Numbered from the stretch's first letter, positions 22,445-33,519 are shown. The stretch: 64,000 nucleotides of DNA from an uncultured Fluviicola sp. (GCA_964383785.1 CAYLJB010000003.1:858-64857); one strand, 5' to 3'. The notes: generated by a model from the letters alone, not told the origin. Numbers and translations are program-made.

Positions 22445-23027
22445 TAACCGCGTAGCTGGATTGGCGATCATCACCTTAAGTATGTTCGCTTTTTCCATCT
22501 TCATGAAGGATGGCGTTTTTCTCTATCCTTTCGGCTTATTCAAAGCGGCATCGTTTCTACTTTTTCCGGTAATGCTGATCGTTGATAAGGTGAAACCCGG
22601 TATCAAAGATTGGTTATTGCTTATCGCAACAAGTTTTCTGTTCATAGGATCTAATTTCGCTCTTCAGATCGTTTATCCGGAGATCTCTGACGAACAAACA
22701 GCTGATCGCATCGTACTCATTCAAAGTTTGACCTTGGTCTTTGCATCCGTGTGCTTATTGGTTAATGCAGTACTTTTTGCCAAGGATTACAACGACAGAC
22801 CGTCAATCTTTTTTGGAATAGGTTTTCTAGGCTTGGCGACGGCAATTTTAAGCAATCACCTGGAATGGGGAATAGGAACTTTACCATGTTGGTTTTTGGC
22901 GGTTTATACAAAAGGTAAATTGGAGGAGCGTTTCCGATCGTTTTCCTTGCTTTTGGGATTGCTGATCCTGATCACTGCACTTTCGGCATTCTATTTTGGG
23001 AAAGACCAAGTGCTATTTTCCTTGTAA
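22437..23027 (+). CDS. Hypothetical integral membrane protein
   Basis: About 6-7 hydrophobic segments; overlaps the map stop codon. Confidence 0.65.
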   Translation: MTSNRVAGLAIITLSMFAFSIFMKDGVFLYPFGLFKAASFLLFPVMLIVDKVKPGIKDWLLLIATSFLFIGSNFALQIVYPEISDEQTADRIVLIQSLTLVFASVCLLVNAVLFAKDYNDRPSIFFGIGFLGLATAILSNHLEWGIGTLPCWFLAVYTKGKLEERFRSFSLLLGLLILITALSAFYFGKDQVLFSL

Positions 23028-23069
23028 CAAAATGCCGCTCCATCATTATTTAGGCAAACGCAGACTACC

Positions 23070-24686
23070 ATGAGAACGCTTTTGATCAGCTTCCTTTTTC
23101 TTGGATTTGCGGCAAAGGGCCAAACAACCACCGATGCCTTGATCGAGCAAATTGTTCGCATTACTCCACGTTCTGTAGAAAAATATACGGTCCCGAAAAA
23201 GGACAAGGTTCTTGCTTTGGAAACTTCGTTTAATAACGCTGTTTACAAGGATGCTGCGGCCCTAAACACTTTGAAGGATAAGATCATTGTAAAGGTGGAA
23301 TTGGTTTATACCACTTACCGCAAATCTGAAACCTTCGATCAGCACGGGTTGAACCGTAAACGACTCAAAACCCTTATGAACGTCGCTCCGGATATTCTGA
23401 CTCAAGCAGGTGTTGAGTGGATTTTGATTGCACAAACGGGGTGTACGAGTGCGGAAGAGGGCCCCAATTATTTTCATGGTGTGGTCATTACCTACCGCGA
23501 CAGGCCGAACAATCTAATGACGCAGATCGAATTAAAATACCTGGAAAAAGTTTTTGACGGATCGGTGCCTGCGCATGCCTATGATGCTTTTGTGCGCAAT
23601 GAGATCAAGAATGCTAAACCGGATTCAACCGGACAATTGGTTGTTGAAAAGGAATATAAATTGAAAGAGCCTAAATTCCCCGGAACGGAAAAACAACGGA
23701 TCGATTATTTTACACGCAATTTGAAGTTTCCTACTTCGGTGAAAAAGTTAGACCAGCGTGTGGCAGTTCAGTTTACAGTTGACAAAACGGGAAAGATCAA
23801 AGATATTGTGTTGCCCGAAGATTTTGCAGATCCCGCTTATCGCGAAGAAGTGAAAAAGTTCGTGGAACGCATGCCGAACTGGGAGCCCGGATCAGTCGAC
23901 GGAAAACCGGGAGAGTTCATGGTGCAGTTTACAGTAGAATACCTGAGCCGCGGTTCGATCCTTCCTTCTCCTATTAAATCCTATTCCACGGAAATTCCAG
24001 CTCCCAAAGACGATAAGAATCGCGTAGATTACTCCAAGATCAAACCGGGAGCACGACCGAAAATGGTGATAGATGCCTTGACGCGTAATAAATGGACAAA
24101 TTATTACCTGGTTATCGATATCACTGGTAGTATGGCCCAATACAACGCACAATTATTCGAGTACTTGCGTCAGGTTTATGCTCAGAAAGACACATCCATC
24201 CGTGGGGTAATCATGTTCAATGACGGGGATGGAAGAGCTGATAAGACGAAGAAAATTGGCCAGGTAGGGGGAATTTATCAAATGGATCACCCTACATTGG
24301 ATGAGGTTTTGAACAAAATGATGACTGCCATGGCAAAAGGGGACGGCGGCGATACACCGGAGAATAACATCGAGGCGGTTCTGGCTGCGCAATCTGCTTG
24401 TACTTCTTGTGAACAGTTTGTGATGTTGGCGGATAATGCAGCAACTCCGCGCGACATGAAATTGTTGGATCAGGTACAGAAACCCATCCAGATCATTGTT
24501 TGTGGTTCCAGTAACGCATTGAATGAGAATTATCTGACCATTGCTTACCTTACAAAAGGCTGCGTGGAATTCAACGGTAAGCGTTATGCCGATTTACACA
24601 CCTACGAAGAAGGCGCAACGGTACAAGTAGGTAAAGAAGTGTATATACTGAAAAACAAGCAATTTGTTCGTCGTATCGGGAAATAA
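23070..24686 (+). CDS. Exported protein with a central TonB C-terminal-like domain and a C-terminal vWA-like domain
   Basis: Signal peptide; PKFPG...NLKFP...VAVQFTVDKTGKIKD...MPNWEPG..DGKP; VIDITGSM (MIDAS-like), GDGGDTPENNIEA. Confidence 0.7.
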   Translation: MRTLLISFLFLGFAAKGQTTTDALIEQIVRITPRSVEKYTVPKKDKVLALETSFNNAVYKDAAALNTLKDKIIVKVELVYTTYRKSETFDQHGLNRKRLKTLMNVAPDILTQAGVEWILIAQTGCTSAEEGPNYFHGVVITYRDRPNNLMTQIELKYLEKVFDGSVPAHAYDAFVRNEIKNAKPDSTGQLVVEKEYKLKEPKFPGTEKQRIDYFTRNLKFPTSVKKLDQRVAVQFTVDKTGKIKDIVLPEDFADPAYREEVKKFVERMPNWEPGSVDGKPGEFMVQFTVEYLSRGSILPSPIKSYSTEIPAPKDDKNRVDYSKIKPGARPKMVIDALTRNKWTNYYLVIDITGSMAQYNAQLFEYLRQVYAQKDTSIRGVIMFNDGDGRADKTKKIGQVGGIYQMDHPTLDEVLNKMMTAMAKGDGGDTPENNIEAVLAAQSACTSCEQFVMLADNAATPRDMKLLDQVQKPIQIIVCGSSNALNENYLTIAYLTKGCVEFNGKRYADLHTYEEGATVQVGKEVYILKNKQFVRRIGK

Positions 24687-24689
24687 GAT

Positions 24690-25826
24690 CTAAAACCAAA
24701 TTCCCGCTGACAAGATCACTTCAAAACGCTGATTGGTACTCTTATTTTGATAAAAAAAGATCTTCTCGTCGTTGGCAAGGTGCAGGTAACGAGACTCTAA
24801 TCGGATAAAACTGTGGGAAACCGGTTTGAATTCTATGCCAAGTGTTGCACCATTTACTTGAAGCCCGATTAAGGTGTGGTTTACGTTCAAAACCGGACCT
24901 GTCAAAATCTCTTGCAGATCACTGAAGAATTCGTAACGCAGATAACTAGCAAAAGTCGGTGTGAATCGATGTTTGTAAACTGCTAATGCAGAATAGAAAA
25001 AGGCCGTTTTTGAAGTATCAGAAAGTTGGCTGTTTTGCTGAGCACCGAAGTTAAGATCAATACCTAAAGAATTTCTTCTTGATTTAAGAATACCAATATA
25101 ATTGATATAAATCCGTTGTTTGTCCTTTGTCAAACTTTCGTCTGTCGTCATCAAATTCAGGGTGTGCGACTGTTTACTGTTTGGAACAAACTGTGATGAA
25201 AGTGTGAGTGCTTTATTATTATTTGTTTCAATGAATGTATTGTATCCATTAAATACACCTGCCTGTAAGGTCCAGTGATCATTCATGGAATAGGTGAGTT
25301 TTGCTCCGCTTAAAAAATAGGGCTCATAATATGTTGTTGTCGCAAAACTTACTGTTGGATTCTCGCGGGGTTGAATAGATTCAAGTCCGAAATGTGTTCT
25401 GAAGTAACCCAAATCTACCCAAAGTCCTTTCCGAATGCGGATTCCCACATTTGCCTCCTGAACCATGTTTAAGTAACTTGACCAGGCAGAGCGGGCGATA
25501 TCCCCATAAAATAAAGTGGCAATGCCACGAATATGTTCAGCTTGATAGGTTGCATTCAGCAAGATCATATTCAACCCAAACTCTTTATTTCGAGGGCTTC
25601 CTGTAGGAAACTTGACGAAACCTTCGCTGTTATTAGTGTCTGAATAATATGCGAAATAAGTATCAATATATCCGGAATAAGAAAAGTGACCGGTAGAATC
25701 GTCGTGATCTTCATACGGATCAAGTTTTGTTCCTGTAAAACTGATGTCAGTTGAATCTTTTTGTGCTTCAATGTGAAATACAACAATTGATGTATATATT
25801 ACTACAATTACATGCTTCATTTTCAT
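24690..25826 (-). CDS. Outer-membrane beta-barrel porin (BBP2-like)
   Basis: SGYIDTYF, QEANVG, GYFRTHFGLES, EPYFLSG, NGYN; ends in AGIWF. Confidence 0.75.
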   Translation of the reverse strand: MKMKHVIVVIYTSIVVFHIEAQKDSTDISFTGTKLDPYEDHDDSTGHFSYSGYIDTYFAYYSDTNNSEGFVKFPTGSPRNKEFGLNMILLNATYQAEHIRGIATLFYGDIARSAWSSYLNMVQEANVGIRIRKGLWVDLGYFRTHFGLESIQPRENPTVSFATTTYYEPYFLSGAKLTYSMNDHWTLQAGVFNGYNTFIETNNNKALTLSSQFVPNSKQSHTLNLMTTDESLTKDKQRIYINYIGILKSRRNSLGIDLNFGAQQNSQLSDTSKTAFFYSALAVYKHRFTPTFASYLRYEFFSDLQEILTGPVLNVNHTLIGLQVNGATLGIEFKPVSHSFIRLESRYLHLANDEKIFFYQNKSTNQRFEVILSAGIWF

Positions 25827-25936
25827 ACAACAAGTTTAGAAAAATTCCTCATTCCGACAGCAGTGTTTAAAGCCTTCGATTTAATTAGAATAAGAAAAAT
25901 CTTTTTGTACATTCGATAAGACTAAAGTTATCCGCT

Positions 25937-28126
25937 ATGGGTCAAGAAGAAGATAAGATCAATGATCTTGAAAAGCGCTACCGCGAATTATGGGACCGCC
26001 ACCAGGCTTTGAAAGAAGAGATTCGCACGAATTATGCAGAATTCAAAGCGTGGAAAGAAGGCAAAACTTCGGTAACAACCGAAAAGCAATCATCTGTTGA
26101 GGCCCCAATTCCCTCCTCCGAAGATCGCCCCGTTCAAGCTGAAACACCCAAAAAAGAAAAACAACTCATCGATTGGGAGCATTTTGTAGGTGAAAAGCTC
26201 TTGGCCCGAATTGGAATTGCTATCGTTCTCATTGGTGTAGCCATCGGTGTGAAATATGCGATTGACCATCAACTGATCGGTGTAGGATTGCGAATTGCTG
26301 GAGGTTATTTAGTTGGAGCAATTTTAGGATTTGTAGCCATTCGTTTGCATAAGAAATACGAGGCTTTCAGTGCGATACTGGGCAGTGGGGCTTTGTCAAC
26401 TATTTATTTCATGACCTATGCGGGATATGCATTTTATCATGTGTTTCCACTCGGACTTGCCTATGGAGGAATGTTATTGACAGTAATAGCCACTGTATTT
26501 GCAGCCCTTCGAATGAATCGCGTGATCATCGCTCATTTAGGTTTAGCGGGAGCTTATTTGTTGCCTCCACTCGTTAGTACAGGTAATCAACATATTAGCT
26601 ACTATTTGGGTTACATGCTTTTGATAAATGTTGGTATGCTGGTGCTATCATTCCTACGTGCTTGGAAAAGCTTGTTCATCCCCATTATAGCATGGTCCAT
26701 CATTATTTTCATTGTTTGGTTTGCAGACGATTTCAGACCACAGGACACCTGGTTGGCAACTATCTATATTTGGTTGTTCTACATCGTCATTTCACTTGGC
26801 GTAAAAGCAAGTAGTTTGCGTTTGAAGGAATCTTTAGATGCATGGGGACATACGCAATTATTTGCCTTAACAACCTTCACGTTTTTAGGGTTAAATGCTG
26901 CAGGTCACAATTCTGATTTAATGAATTTGCTGGCTGGGGTAGTTCCTGTTTTGGCATTGGTGCTTTATTGGTTGAAGGACAAACAAGTGGCAGATAACTC
27001 AGGAACAGACCTCCAACTGTGGTTGGGCATTGCAGCAATGTTCATGTTGCCTTTTTCAGCCTATTATCCGGTATTTATACTTGCAATTGCTACTTCGATC
27101 TGGTCGTGGTGGGCAATGGGTGTTCGGGTTGAATTGATCCGTATTCTGGGTGCATTGTTTACGGGCATTATGGGATTGGTGATCATGTCCACGGGTTTCA
27201 CCAGAACGATGGGTGGACATACAGAGGTGGCATGGATGAACGATTATGTGCTGGCTTTGGTGTTTCTTGTTGTTTTCCATTTGGTGCTCTATTGGCGACT
27301 AAAAGCTCAATTTGCGGCGGTTGAAAATCGCATTTATATACAGATCAATTCCTTGGTGCTGGTTACATTAACGGCTGTGTCTGGATTCATGGCCATTAAA
27401 TATGCCGGAAATCTCGCATTAGCTGAGCTTAAAGACCCCAAAGAGCCCATCACCATCTTTACCAATTTAGATCGCTTAGACCCGAATAAAGCTCAAGCTT
27501 ATCGCATGCTCGGTTACTTATGGATGGCCTTTGTTTTGGCATGTTCTATTTGGTATCGTAAATCGGTGCTTGCTTTGGTGAACGCTTATCGGACAGGGAT
27601 ACGAATTAGTTTTTTATTGGGACTATTTTTCTTGTTGGTAGGTGTGACCTATGTCAATTCCTGGTCGGATGATTTTAATAACGGGGATATAGACCGAACC
27701 ATGTTCGAAGCTTCACGCTATGGTTTCTTTGTTGTACTTTGTTTCATTGGCTGGTTCCAATGGCGAAGCATGCGCGAATCTACTTGGGAATTGGCATTTG
27801 GACACGTTGGATTATTGTGGCTGCTTTCCTTGGAATTGATCCATTGGTCACTGATCTACGAAATAGGAGTGGGCTACAAATTGTTGCTCTCTTTGCTATG
27901 GGGAACTTACGCCGTTTTCTTGCTCATTCGTGGATTAAAAACAGAGTCCTCAGCTTTACGTGTTACCGCACTGTCAGTTTTGGGAGTCATGTTAATGAAG
28001 TTATTCTTTTACGACCTGACAATGCTTAGCACCATCACCAAAACCTTGGTATTCCTATTGGTAGGAGGTTTACTCTTGGTTGGAGGTTATTTTTACCAGC
28101 GTATGTCGAAACAACAAGAAGAGTGA
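25937..28126 (+). CDS. DUF2339-domain membrane protein
   Basis: N-terminal coiled coil; WEHFVGEKLLARIG..KYAID; C-terminal KLFFYDL...FLLVGGLLL...YQR. Confidence 0.85.
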   Translation: MGQEEDKINDLEKRYRELWDRHQALKEEIRTNYAEFKAWKEGKTSVTTEKQSSVEAPIPSSEDRPVQAETPKKEKQLIDWEHFVGEKLLARIGIAIVLIGVAIGVKYAIDHQLIGVGLRIAGGYLVGAILGFVAIRLHKKYEAFSAILGSGALSTIYFMTYAGYAFYHVFPLGLAYGGMLLTVIATVFAALRMNRVIIAHLGLAGAYLLPPLVSTGNQHISYYLGYMLLINVGMLVLSFLRAWKSLFIPIIAWSIIIFIVWFADDFRPQDTWLATIYIWLFYIVISLGVKASSLRLKESLDAWGHTQLFALTTFTFLGLNAAGHNSDLMNLLAGVVPVLALVLYWLKDKQVADNSGTDLQLWLGIAAMFMLPFSAYYPVFILAIATSIWSWWAMGVRVELIRILGALFTGIMGLVIMSTGFTRTMGGHTEVAWMNDYVLALVFLVVFHLVLYWRLKAQFAAVENRIYIQINSLVLVTLTAVSGFMAIKYAGNLALAELKDPKEPITIFTNLDRLDPNKAQAYRMLGYLWMAFVLACSIWYRKSVLALVNAYRTGIRISFLLGLFFLLVGVTYVNSWSDDFNNGDIDRTMFEASRYGFFVVLCFIGWFQWRSMRESTWELAFGHVGLLWLLSLELIHWSLIYEIGVGYKLLLSLLWGTYAVFLLIRGLKTESSALRVTALSVLGVMLMKLFFYDLTMLSTITKTLVFLLVGGLLLVGGYFYQRMSKQQEE

Positions 28127-28160
28127 TAAACATCTTCGGTGCTTTCCGTATCTTTGCGCC

Positions 28161-29165
28161 ATGGTGAAGATTCGTGATATAGAATTGGGGGAGTTTCCGC
28201 TTTTATTGGCGCCAATGGAGGATGTAAGTGATCCGCCGTTTCGTGCCTTGTGCAAAAAGCACGGAGCTGACCTGATGTATACCGAATTCATTTCCTCTGA
28301 AGGACTGATCCGAGATGCGATCAAGAGTCGTCAAAAGTTGGACATCTTCGATTACGAGAAACCAATCGGTATTCAAATTTTCGGAGGGGATGAGGAAGCG
28401 ATGGCCTTATCTGCAAAGATCGTGGATGCGACGCAACCAGATTTATTAGATATCAACTTTGGTTGTCCTGTTAAAAAAGTAGTTTGCAAAGGCGCTGGAG
28501 CGGCGGTTCTAAAGGATGTTGATCTCATGGTTCGCTTAACAAAAGCGTGCATCGATTCTACCAAGCTTCCGGTTACTGTTAAAACCCGTTTAGGCTGGGA
28601 TTTCGACAATATCAACATCATGGAAGTAGCAGAGCGATTGCAAGACATTGGAGTAGAGGCGCTTTCTATTCATGGAAGAACACGAGCGCAGTTGTACAAA
28701 GGCGAAGCAGATTGGCATTATATTGCTGACGTAAAGAATAATCCGCGTATTAAGATCCCCATTTTCGGAAATGGCGATATCGATTCACCGGAAAAGGCTT
28801 TGGAATACCGAAATACATTCGGAGTGGACGGAATCATGATAGGTCGTGCAGCCATTGGTTATCCGTGGATCTTTCGTGAGATCAAACACTATTTTGCAAC
28901 CGGAGAAAAATTAGCTCCACCAACAATTCAAGAACGCGTTCAAGCTGCCCGCGATCATTTAGATATGAGCGTGAAATGGAAAGGTGAACGTTTAGGGGTG
29001 GCAGAAATGAAACGTCATTACACGAATTATTTCAAAGGAATTGCTCATTTCAAGGAATACCGCACAAAACTGGTAACCTCTTTCGACCTGAATGAAATTC
29101 AGGACCTATTGAATTATCTGGAGGAGAATTGGCAGCAATTTGAATTGGTCAGCGAGTCTCGTTGA
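28161..29165 (+). CDS. dusB: tRNA dihydrouridine synthase DusB
   Basis: LLAPMEDVSD, DINFGCP, VTVKTRLG, HGRTR, NGDI, GRAAIGYPW; start ATG 28161. Confidence 0.95.
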   Translation: MVKIRDIELGEFPLLLAPMEDVSDPPFRALCKKHGADLMYTEFISSEGLIRDAIKSRQKLDIFDYEKPIGIQIFGGDEEAMALSAKIVDATQPDLLDINFGCPVKKVVCKGAGAAVLKDVDLMVRLTKACIDSTKLPVTVKTRLGWDFDNINIMEVAERLQDIGVEALSIHGRTRAQLYKGEADWHYIADVKNNPRIKIPIFGNGDIDSPEKALEYRNTFGVDGIMIGRAAIGYPWIFREIKHYFATGEKLAPPTIQERVQAARDHLDMSVKWKGERLGVAEMKRHYTNYFKGIAHFKEYRTKLVTSFDLNEIQDLLNYLEENWQQFELVSESR

Positions 29166-29498
29166 TCATTCCACTACGTAAGTGAATTTCACACGCGCAT
29201 GCTCAAATTTGGCGAAACCTGTTCCAGGTGTGAACGTCAGTTTTTTGGCCGCATTTTGAGCCGGCATAAGTGCAGGTGTACCTTTGATGCCTTCTGCGTC
29301 CACCACTTTAGCAGACGTCACTTTACCAGTGCGATCGATCGCCACTTCAACAGTTACAGTACCCGCTTGCTTGTACGTGATTGTAAGCGTAGTTTCGCTT
29401 GTGATCACTCGTCCGCTTTCAACAGCAGTTCCGGAAAGCAATTGTCCGTATGATTGGACGGAAAAGAAAAGTGTTGCAATAAGGATCAATCGTTTCAT
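29166..29498 (-). CDS. Small exported TonB C-terminal-like protein
   Basis: Signal peptide; GTVTVEVAIDRTGKVTSAK...AAKKLTF. Confidence 0.65.
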   Translation of the reverse strand: MKRLILIATLFFSVQSYGQLLSGTAVESGRVITSETTLTITYKQAGTVTVEVAIDRTGKVTSAKVVDAEGIKGTPALMPAQNAAKKLTFTPGTGFAKFEHARVKFTYVVE

Positions 29499-29499
29499 A

Positions 29500-31599
29500 T
29501 CAGGAAATTTCTGCCCAATTCGGTTTGTCCCGAAGGCGTTTCACTAACTCGATACGCAAGAAATGGTTTTCAGGTTGCTCTAATCGGGGATCTTTTTGCA
29601 AAATTTCTCGAGCACACTCACGTGCCTGAGCCACCAAAGGACCATCCTTCGCCAAATCAGCGATTTTAAGGTCTAAGTTGCCGCTTTGCTGGGTTCCCAT
29701 GATGTCGCCTGGACCTCGTAGTTCCAAATCCACTTCAGCAATCTCAAAACCGTCGTTTGTGCGGACCATTGTTGATAGTCGCTTTTTGGTGTCATTAGAA
29801 AGCTTGTTTCCTGAAAGAAGAATGCAATAGGATTTTTCTGCACCGCGACCAACTCGTCCGCGCAACTGGTGCAATTGAGACAATCCAAATCTTTCAGCGC
29901 TTTCAATGATCATGATGGAAGCGTTGGGTACGTTCACACCCACTTCAATAACTGTAGTTGCGACCATGATCTGCGTTTTTCCCTCCACGAACTGACGCAT
30001 TTCGTAATCCTTGGCCTCTGGCTTCATTTGCCCGTGAACAATGCTTACACGGTAATCCGGCAAAGGGAAGGCGCGACAGATCGATTCGTAGCCATCCATC
30101 AAATTCGCATAGTCTAATTTTTCAGATTCTTGAATAAGTGGATAGACAATGTACACCTGACGTCCTAAAGCAATTTCCCGCTTGATGAAACCAAAAACCA
30201 CTAAGCGGTCCTTCTCGAATCGATGCTCCGTTGTAATCGGCTTTCTTCCTGGAGGTAATTCATCAATTACCGAAACATCCAGATCACCATAAAAAGTCAT
30301 GGCTAAAGTGCGTGGAATTGGCGTTGCCGTCATCACCAAAATGTGCGGGGGAACACTGTTCTTCTTCCACAATCGCGCACGCTGTGCTACACCAAAGCGA
30401 TGTTGTTCGTCAATGACAACAATGCCTAAATTCTTGAATTGGACCACGTCTTCCAATAAGGCATGGGTACCAACCAAAATATGGATGCTTCCATCCAGCA
30501 ATCCTTCATGGATCCGCTTGCGTTCTGCTTTTTTGGTAGAACCGGTAAGCAATGCGATCTGGATGGGTGTGTTTTCCAATAATTCACTTAATCCAATGTA
30601 GTGTTGATTGGCCAAGATTTCCGTTGGAGCCATCAATGCTGCCTGAACTCCGGTGTCAATACCCATTAGCATGGTTAGCAAAGCCACGACTGTTTTTCCA
30701 CTACCTACATCTCCTTGCAATAAGCGGTTCATTTGATGTCCGGAACCCAGATCTTTTCGGATTTCTTTTAAAACGCGTTTTTGCGCATTCGTAAGAGGAA
30801 AGGGAAGGTGCTTTTCGTAAAAGTCTAAAAATATTTGACCGACCTCCGTGATCTGATGTCCAGCCGTTTTACTCAATGAGATTTGCCTGCGCAGTAATAA
30901 CTCCAATTGTAAATGAAGTAATTCTTCAAATTTGAAACGAGCACGAGACTGTTGTGCCAACTGCACATCTTTCGGTGCGTGAATGGCTTGAATAGCGCGA
31001 TGGATATCGGGAAATCGATAATGGTCGAGTAAATGCTTTGGAAGCGTTTCAGGCAATTGTGAAATTCCACCCTGAGCCAATAAACTGAGGATGATCTTGT
31101 GTAAACCACGTGAATGAAGTCCTGCACTGGTAAGTTTTTCAGTGCTGGAATAAACAGCTTGCCATCCCAAGTTTGGATCGACCATTGCCATGGGGATCAC
31201 TTCCGGATGAGGTATGTTCCAATTTCCACCAAATTGTTTGGGTTTACCAAAGACTTGTATGGGAGTATGTGGTTTTAAATTCGGCAACACGAATTTGTAG
31301 CCTTGAAACCAAACAAGGTCAATCGTTCCGGTACTGTCTTGAAATTTCACCGTCAAGCGTTTTGCACGACCTGTCCCGGTTTCTTTGATGCCAATGATCT
31401 GTCCCTTGAGCTGAACGAAATTATCTATTTGACCAATTTCACTGATCGTGTGGTATCTCGAGCGATCGATATAGCGAAAGGGAAAATGAAATAAGAGATC
31501 CTGATAATTGAAGATACCCAATTCTTCCCGCAACAATTTTGCCCGTTGTGGCCCAACGCCTTTAACAAATTCTACAGATGTCTGTAACCAATCACTCAC
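29500..31599 (-). CDS. recG: ATP-dependent DNA helicase RecG
   Basis: QGDVGSGKT, DEQHRFG, MTATPIPRT, QLRGRVGRG, RGPGD. Confidence 0.97.
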   Translation of the reverse strand: MSDWLQTSVEFVKGVGPQRAKLLREELGIFNYQDLLFHFPFRYIDRSRYHTISEIGQIDNFVQLKGQIIGIKETGTGRAKRLTVKFQDSTGTIDLVWFQGYKFVLPNLKPHTPIQVFGKPKQFGGNWNIPHPEVIPMAMVDPNLGWQAVYSSTEKLTSAGLHSRGLHKIILSLLAQGGISQLPETLPKHLLDHYRFPDIHRAIQAIHAPKDVQLAQQSRARFKFEELLHLQLELLLRRQISLSKTAGHQITEVGQIFLDFYEKHLPFPLTNAQKRVLKEIRKDLGSGHQMNRLLQGDVGSGKTVVALLTMLMGIDTGVQAALMAPTEILANQHYIGLSELLENTPIQIALLTGSTKKAERKRIHEGLLDGSIHILVGTHALLEDVVQFKNLGIVVIDEQHRFGVAQRARLWKKNSVPPHILVMTATPIPRTLAMTFYGDLDVSVIDELPPGRKPITTEHRFEKDRLVVFGFIKREIALGRQVYIVYPLIQESEKLDYANLMDGYESICRAFPLPDYRVSIVHGQMKPEAKDYEMRQFVEGKTQIMVATTVIEVGVNVPNASIMIIESAERFGLSQLHQLRGRVGRGAEKSYCILLSGNKLSNDTKKRLSTMVRTNDGFEIAEVDLELRGPGDIMGTQQSGNLDLKIADLAKDGPLVAQARECAREILQKDPRLEQPENHFLRIELVKRLRDKPNWAEIS

Positions 31600-31718
31600 C
31601 CTTCAAAGATAAGGAAGATACGAAATGAAAAAAAGTGTTAAATGTTTAATGTTTTGCACAAAAGATTAAACAAAACTAATAAGTGCTTGTTTCTAAGATC
31701 GTAACAAAACAACTTATT

Positions 31719-33392
31719 ATGAAAAAAGCACTATTTAGTATTACATTTTTGACCCTGGCATCTGGGGCGATGGCACAAGCACGTTTACAAGTTATTCACA
31801 ATTCAGCAGATGCAGCAGCAGCAACGGTTGACGTTCGCGTAAATGGAGGTTTTCCGGATGCGTCATTTGACGATCTTTCATTCCGCGAGGCAACACCTTT
31901 TATTACTGTGCCTGCAGGAACCTACACGGTTACTATTAACGGACCTTCCAGTGTTGATGCAAGTTCGCCGGTATTTACAAAGTCTTTGACCGTAGTTGAT
32001 GGCGAAACGTATGTGGTAATGGCTGCAGGGATTGTAAGTCCAACAGGATATTCTCCGGCAACACCATTTGACTTATTTGTAAAAGCAGACGCCCAAGAAG
32101 CAGCTAGCGTGCCGACTAACAACGATATCTTGATCTTCCACGGGGCGACTGATGCTCCGGCGGTTAAAGTGTCAGAAGTTTCCAACCCATTAGCGGTGCT
32201 TGAATTGGCTTCGGGAGCTGAGTTTGGCGATTTTACAAATTATATCGTTGTTCCAAATGATGATTATTCGGTACAAATCCGCACGATGGATCAAACAACC
32301 GTTGCTCAATACAGCGCACCTTTGCAAACTTTGGGAGCTAGCGGTGCTGCGTTGACAGTGATGGCGTCCGGATTTTTAAATCCATCAGTCAACTCCAACG
32401 GAGCGGCATTCGGTTTGTTCGCAGTGTTAGCGGATGGTACAGTTATTCAATTGCCAAGTCAGGCTATTTCAACCGCTCGTTTGCAGGTGATTCACAATTG
32501 TGCAGCAACAGACGCAGCAACTGTAGGAGTATGGGTTAACGATGCTATCAATTTGATACCGGCGTTCCAATTCCGCACAGCTACAGCATTCATTGATGTA
32601 CCAGCAAACACGAACTTAGAAATAGACATCACAGCTCCGAATGCTGCTTCTAGTGCAAGTCCATTATATACGCAGACAATTAACTTGGCTGGTGGTGATA
32701 AATATGTGGCCATTGCTTCAGGAACGATTGGTTCAGGAACTTATTCACCTGCAACACCATTCAATATCATTGCATTTGGTGGAGCTCGCGAAAGCGCTAA
32801 TGCAGCAAATCAAGTAGCGGTAAAAGTATTCCACGGAGCAACAGATGCACCGATGGTAGATGTACGTGAGACAGCTATTCCAGCAGGAATTATTGTGGAC
32901 AGCTTATCTTACGGTGAAAATGCTGGTTATTTAGATTTACCAAATGCAGCATTTGAATTACAGATCGAAGCCGGAGGTACACCGGTGATTTCATACGACG
33001 CAGATCTGACGACATTGGGAGGAAACGCAATTACAGTATTGGCTTCTGGGTTCTTGTCTCCAACAACGAATAACAACGGAGCAGGATTTGGTTTGTGGGT
33101 TGCTTTGCCAACAGGAGGGAACTTGTTAGGCTTGCCTGTAGCATCAGGATTGTCAGTAAACGAGGCAGTAGGATCAACGTTGAAGTTTTATCCAAATCCG
33201 GTAACAACTTCATTGGTGGTAGAAAATACAGTAGAAGGAGATATTTTAACAATTTCTGACTTGTCAGGTCGAACAATTTTGACTCAAAACTGTTCTAATA
33301 TGCAAACAGTTTTATTGTTAGAAGGAGCGCCTGCAGGACAATACCTGTTGTTCAACAACGGAATGCCTGTGGGAAAACTGGTAAAACAGTAG
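31719..33392 (+). CDS. DUF4397-repeat protein with a T9SS type-A sorting domain
   Basis: Repeated ARLQVIHN and FHGATDAP modules (two of each); C-terminal YPNPV...DLSGR...GQY..KLVKQ. Confidence 0.85.
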   Translation: MKKALFSITFLTLASGAMAQARLQVIHNSADAAAATVDVRVNGGFPDASFDDLSFREATPFITVPAGTYTVTINGPSSVDASSPVFTKSLTVVDGETYVVMAAGIVSPTGYSPATPFDLFVKADAQEAASVPTNNDILIFHGATDAPAVKVSEVSNPLAVLELASGAEFGDFTNYIVVPNDDYSVQIRTMDQTTVAQYSAPLQTLGASGAALTVMASGFLNPSVNSNGAAFGLFAVLADGTVIQLPSQAISTARLQVIHNCAATDAATVGVWVNDAINLIPAFQFRTATAFIDVPANTNLEIDITAPNAASSASPLYTQTINLAGGDKYVAIASGTIGSGTYSPATPFNIIAFGGARESANAANQVAVKVFHGATDAPMVDVRETAIPAGIIVDSLSYGENAGYLDLPNAAFELQIEAGGTPVISYDADLTTLGGNAITVLASGFLSPTTNNNGAGFGLWVALPTGGNLLGLPVASGLSVNEAVGSTLKFYPNPVTTSLVVENTVEGDILTISDLSGRTILTQNCSNMQTVLLLEGAPAGQYLLFNNGMPVGKLVKQ

Positions 33393-33420
33393 TATTTTTA
33401 GTAGTGGTTAGGTAAAAGAG

Positions 33421-33449
33421 AAGAGGGATGCTTTTGGCATCCCTCTTTT
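33421..33449 (+). terminator. Intrinsic terminator
   Basis: AAGAGGGATGC-TTTTG-GCATCCCTCTTTT. Confidence 0.85.
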
Positions 33450-33519
33450 CGTTGTTTCCAGTCAATTTCAATCAGGATAACCGTTAAAAATTTTGTTGAT
33501 TTCTTGGGTCAAACGGCAT

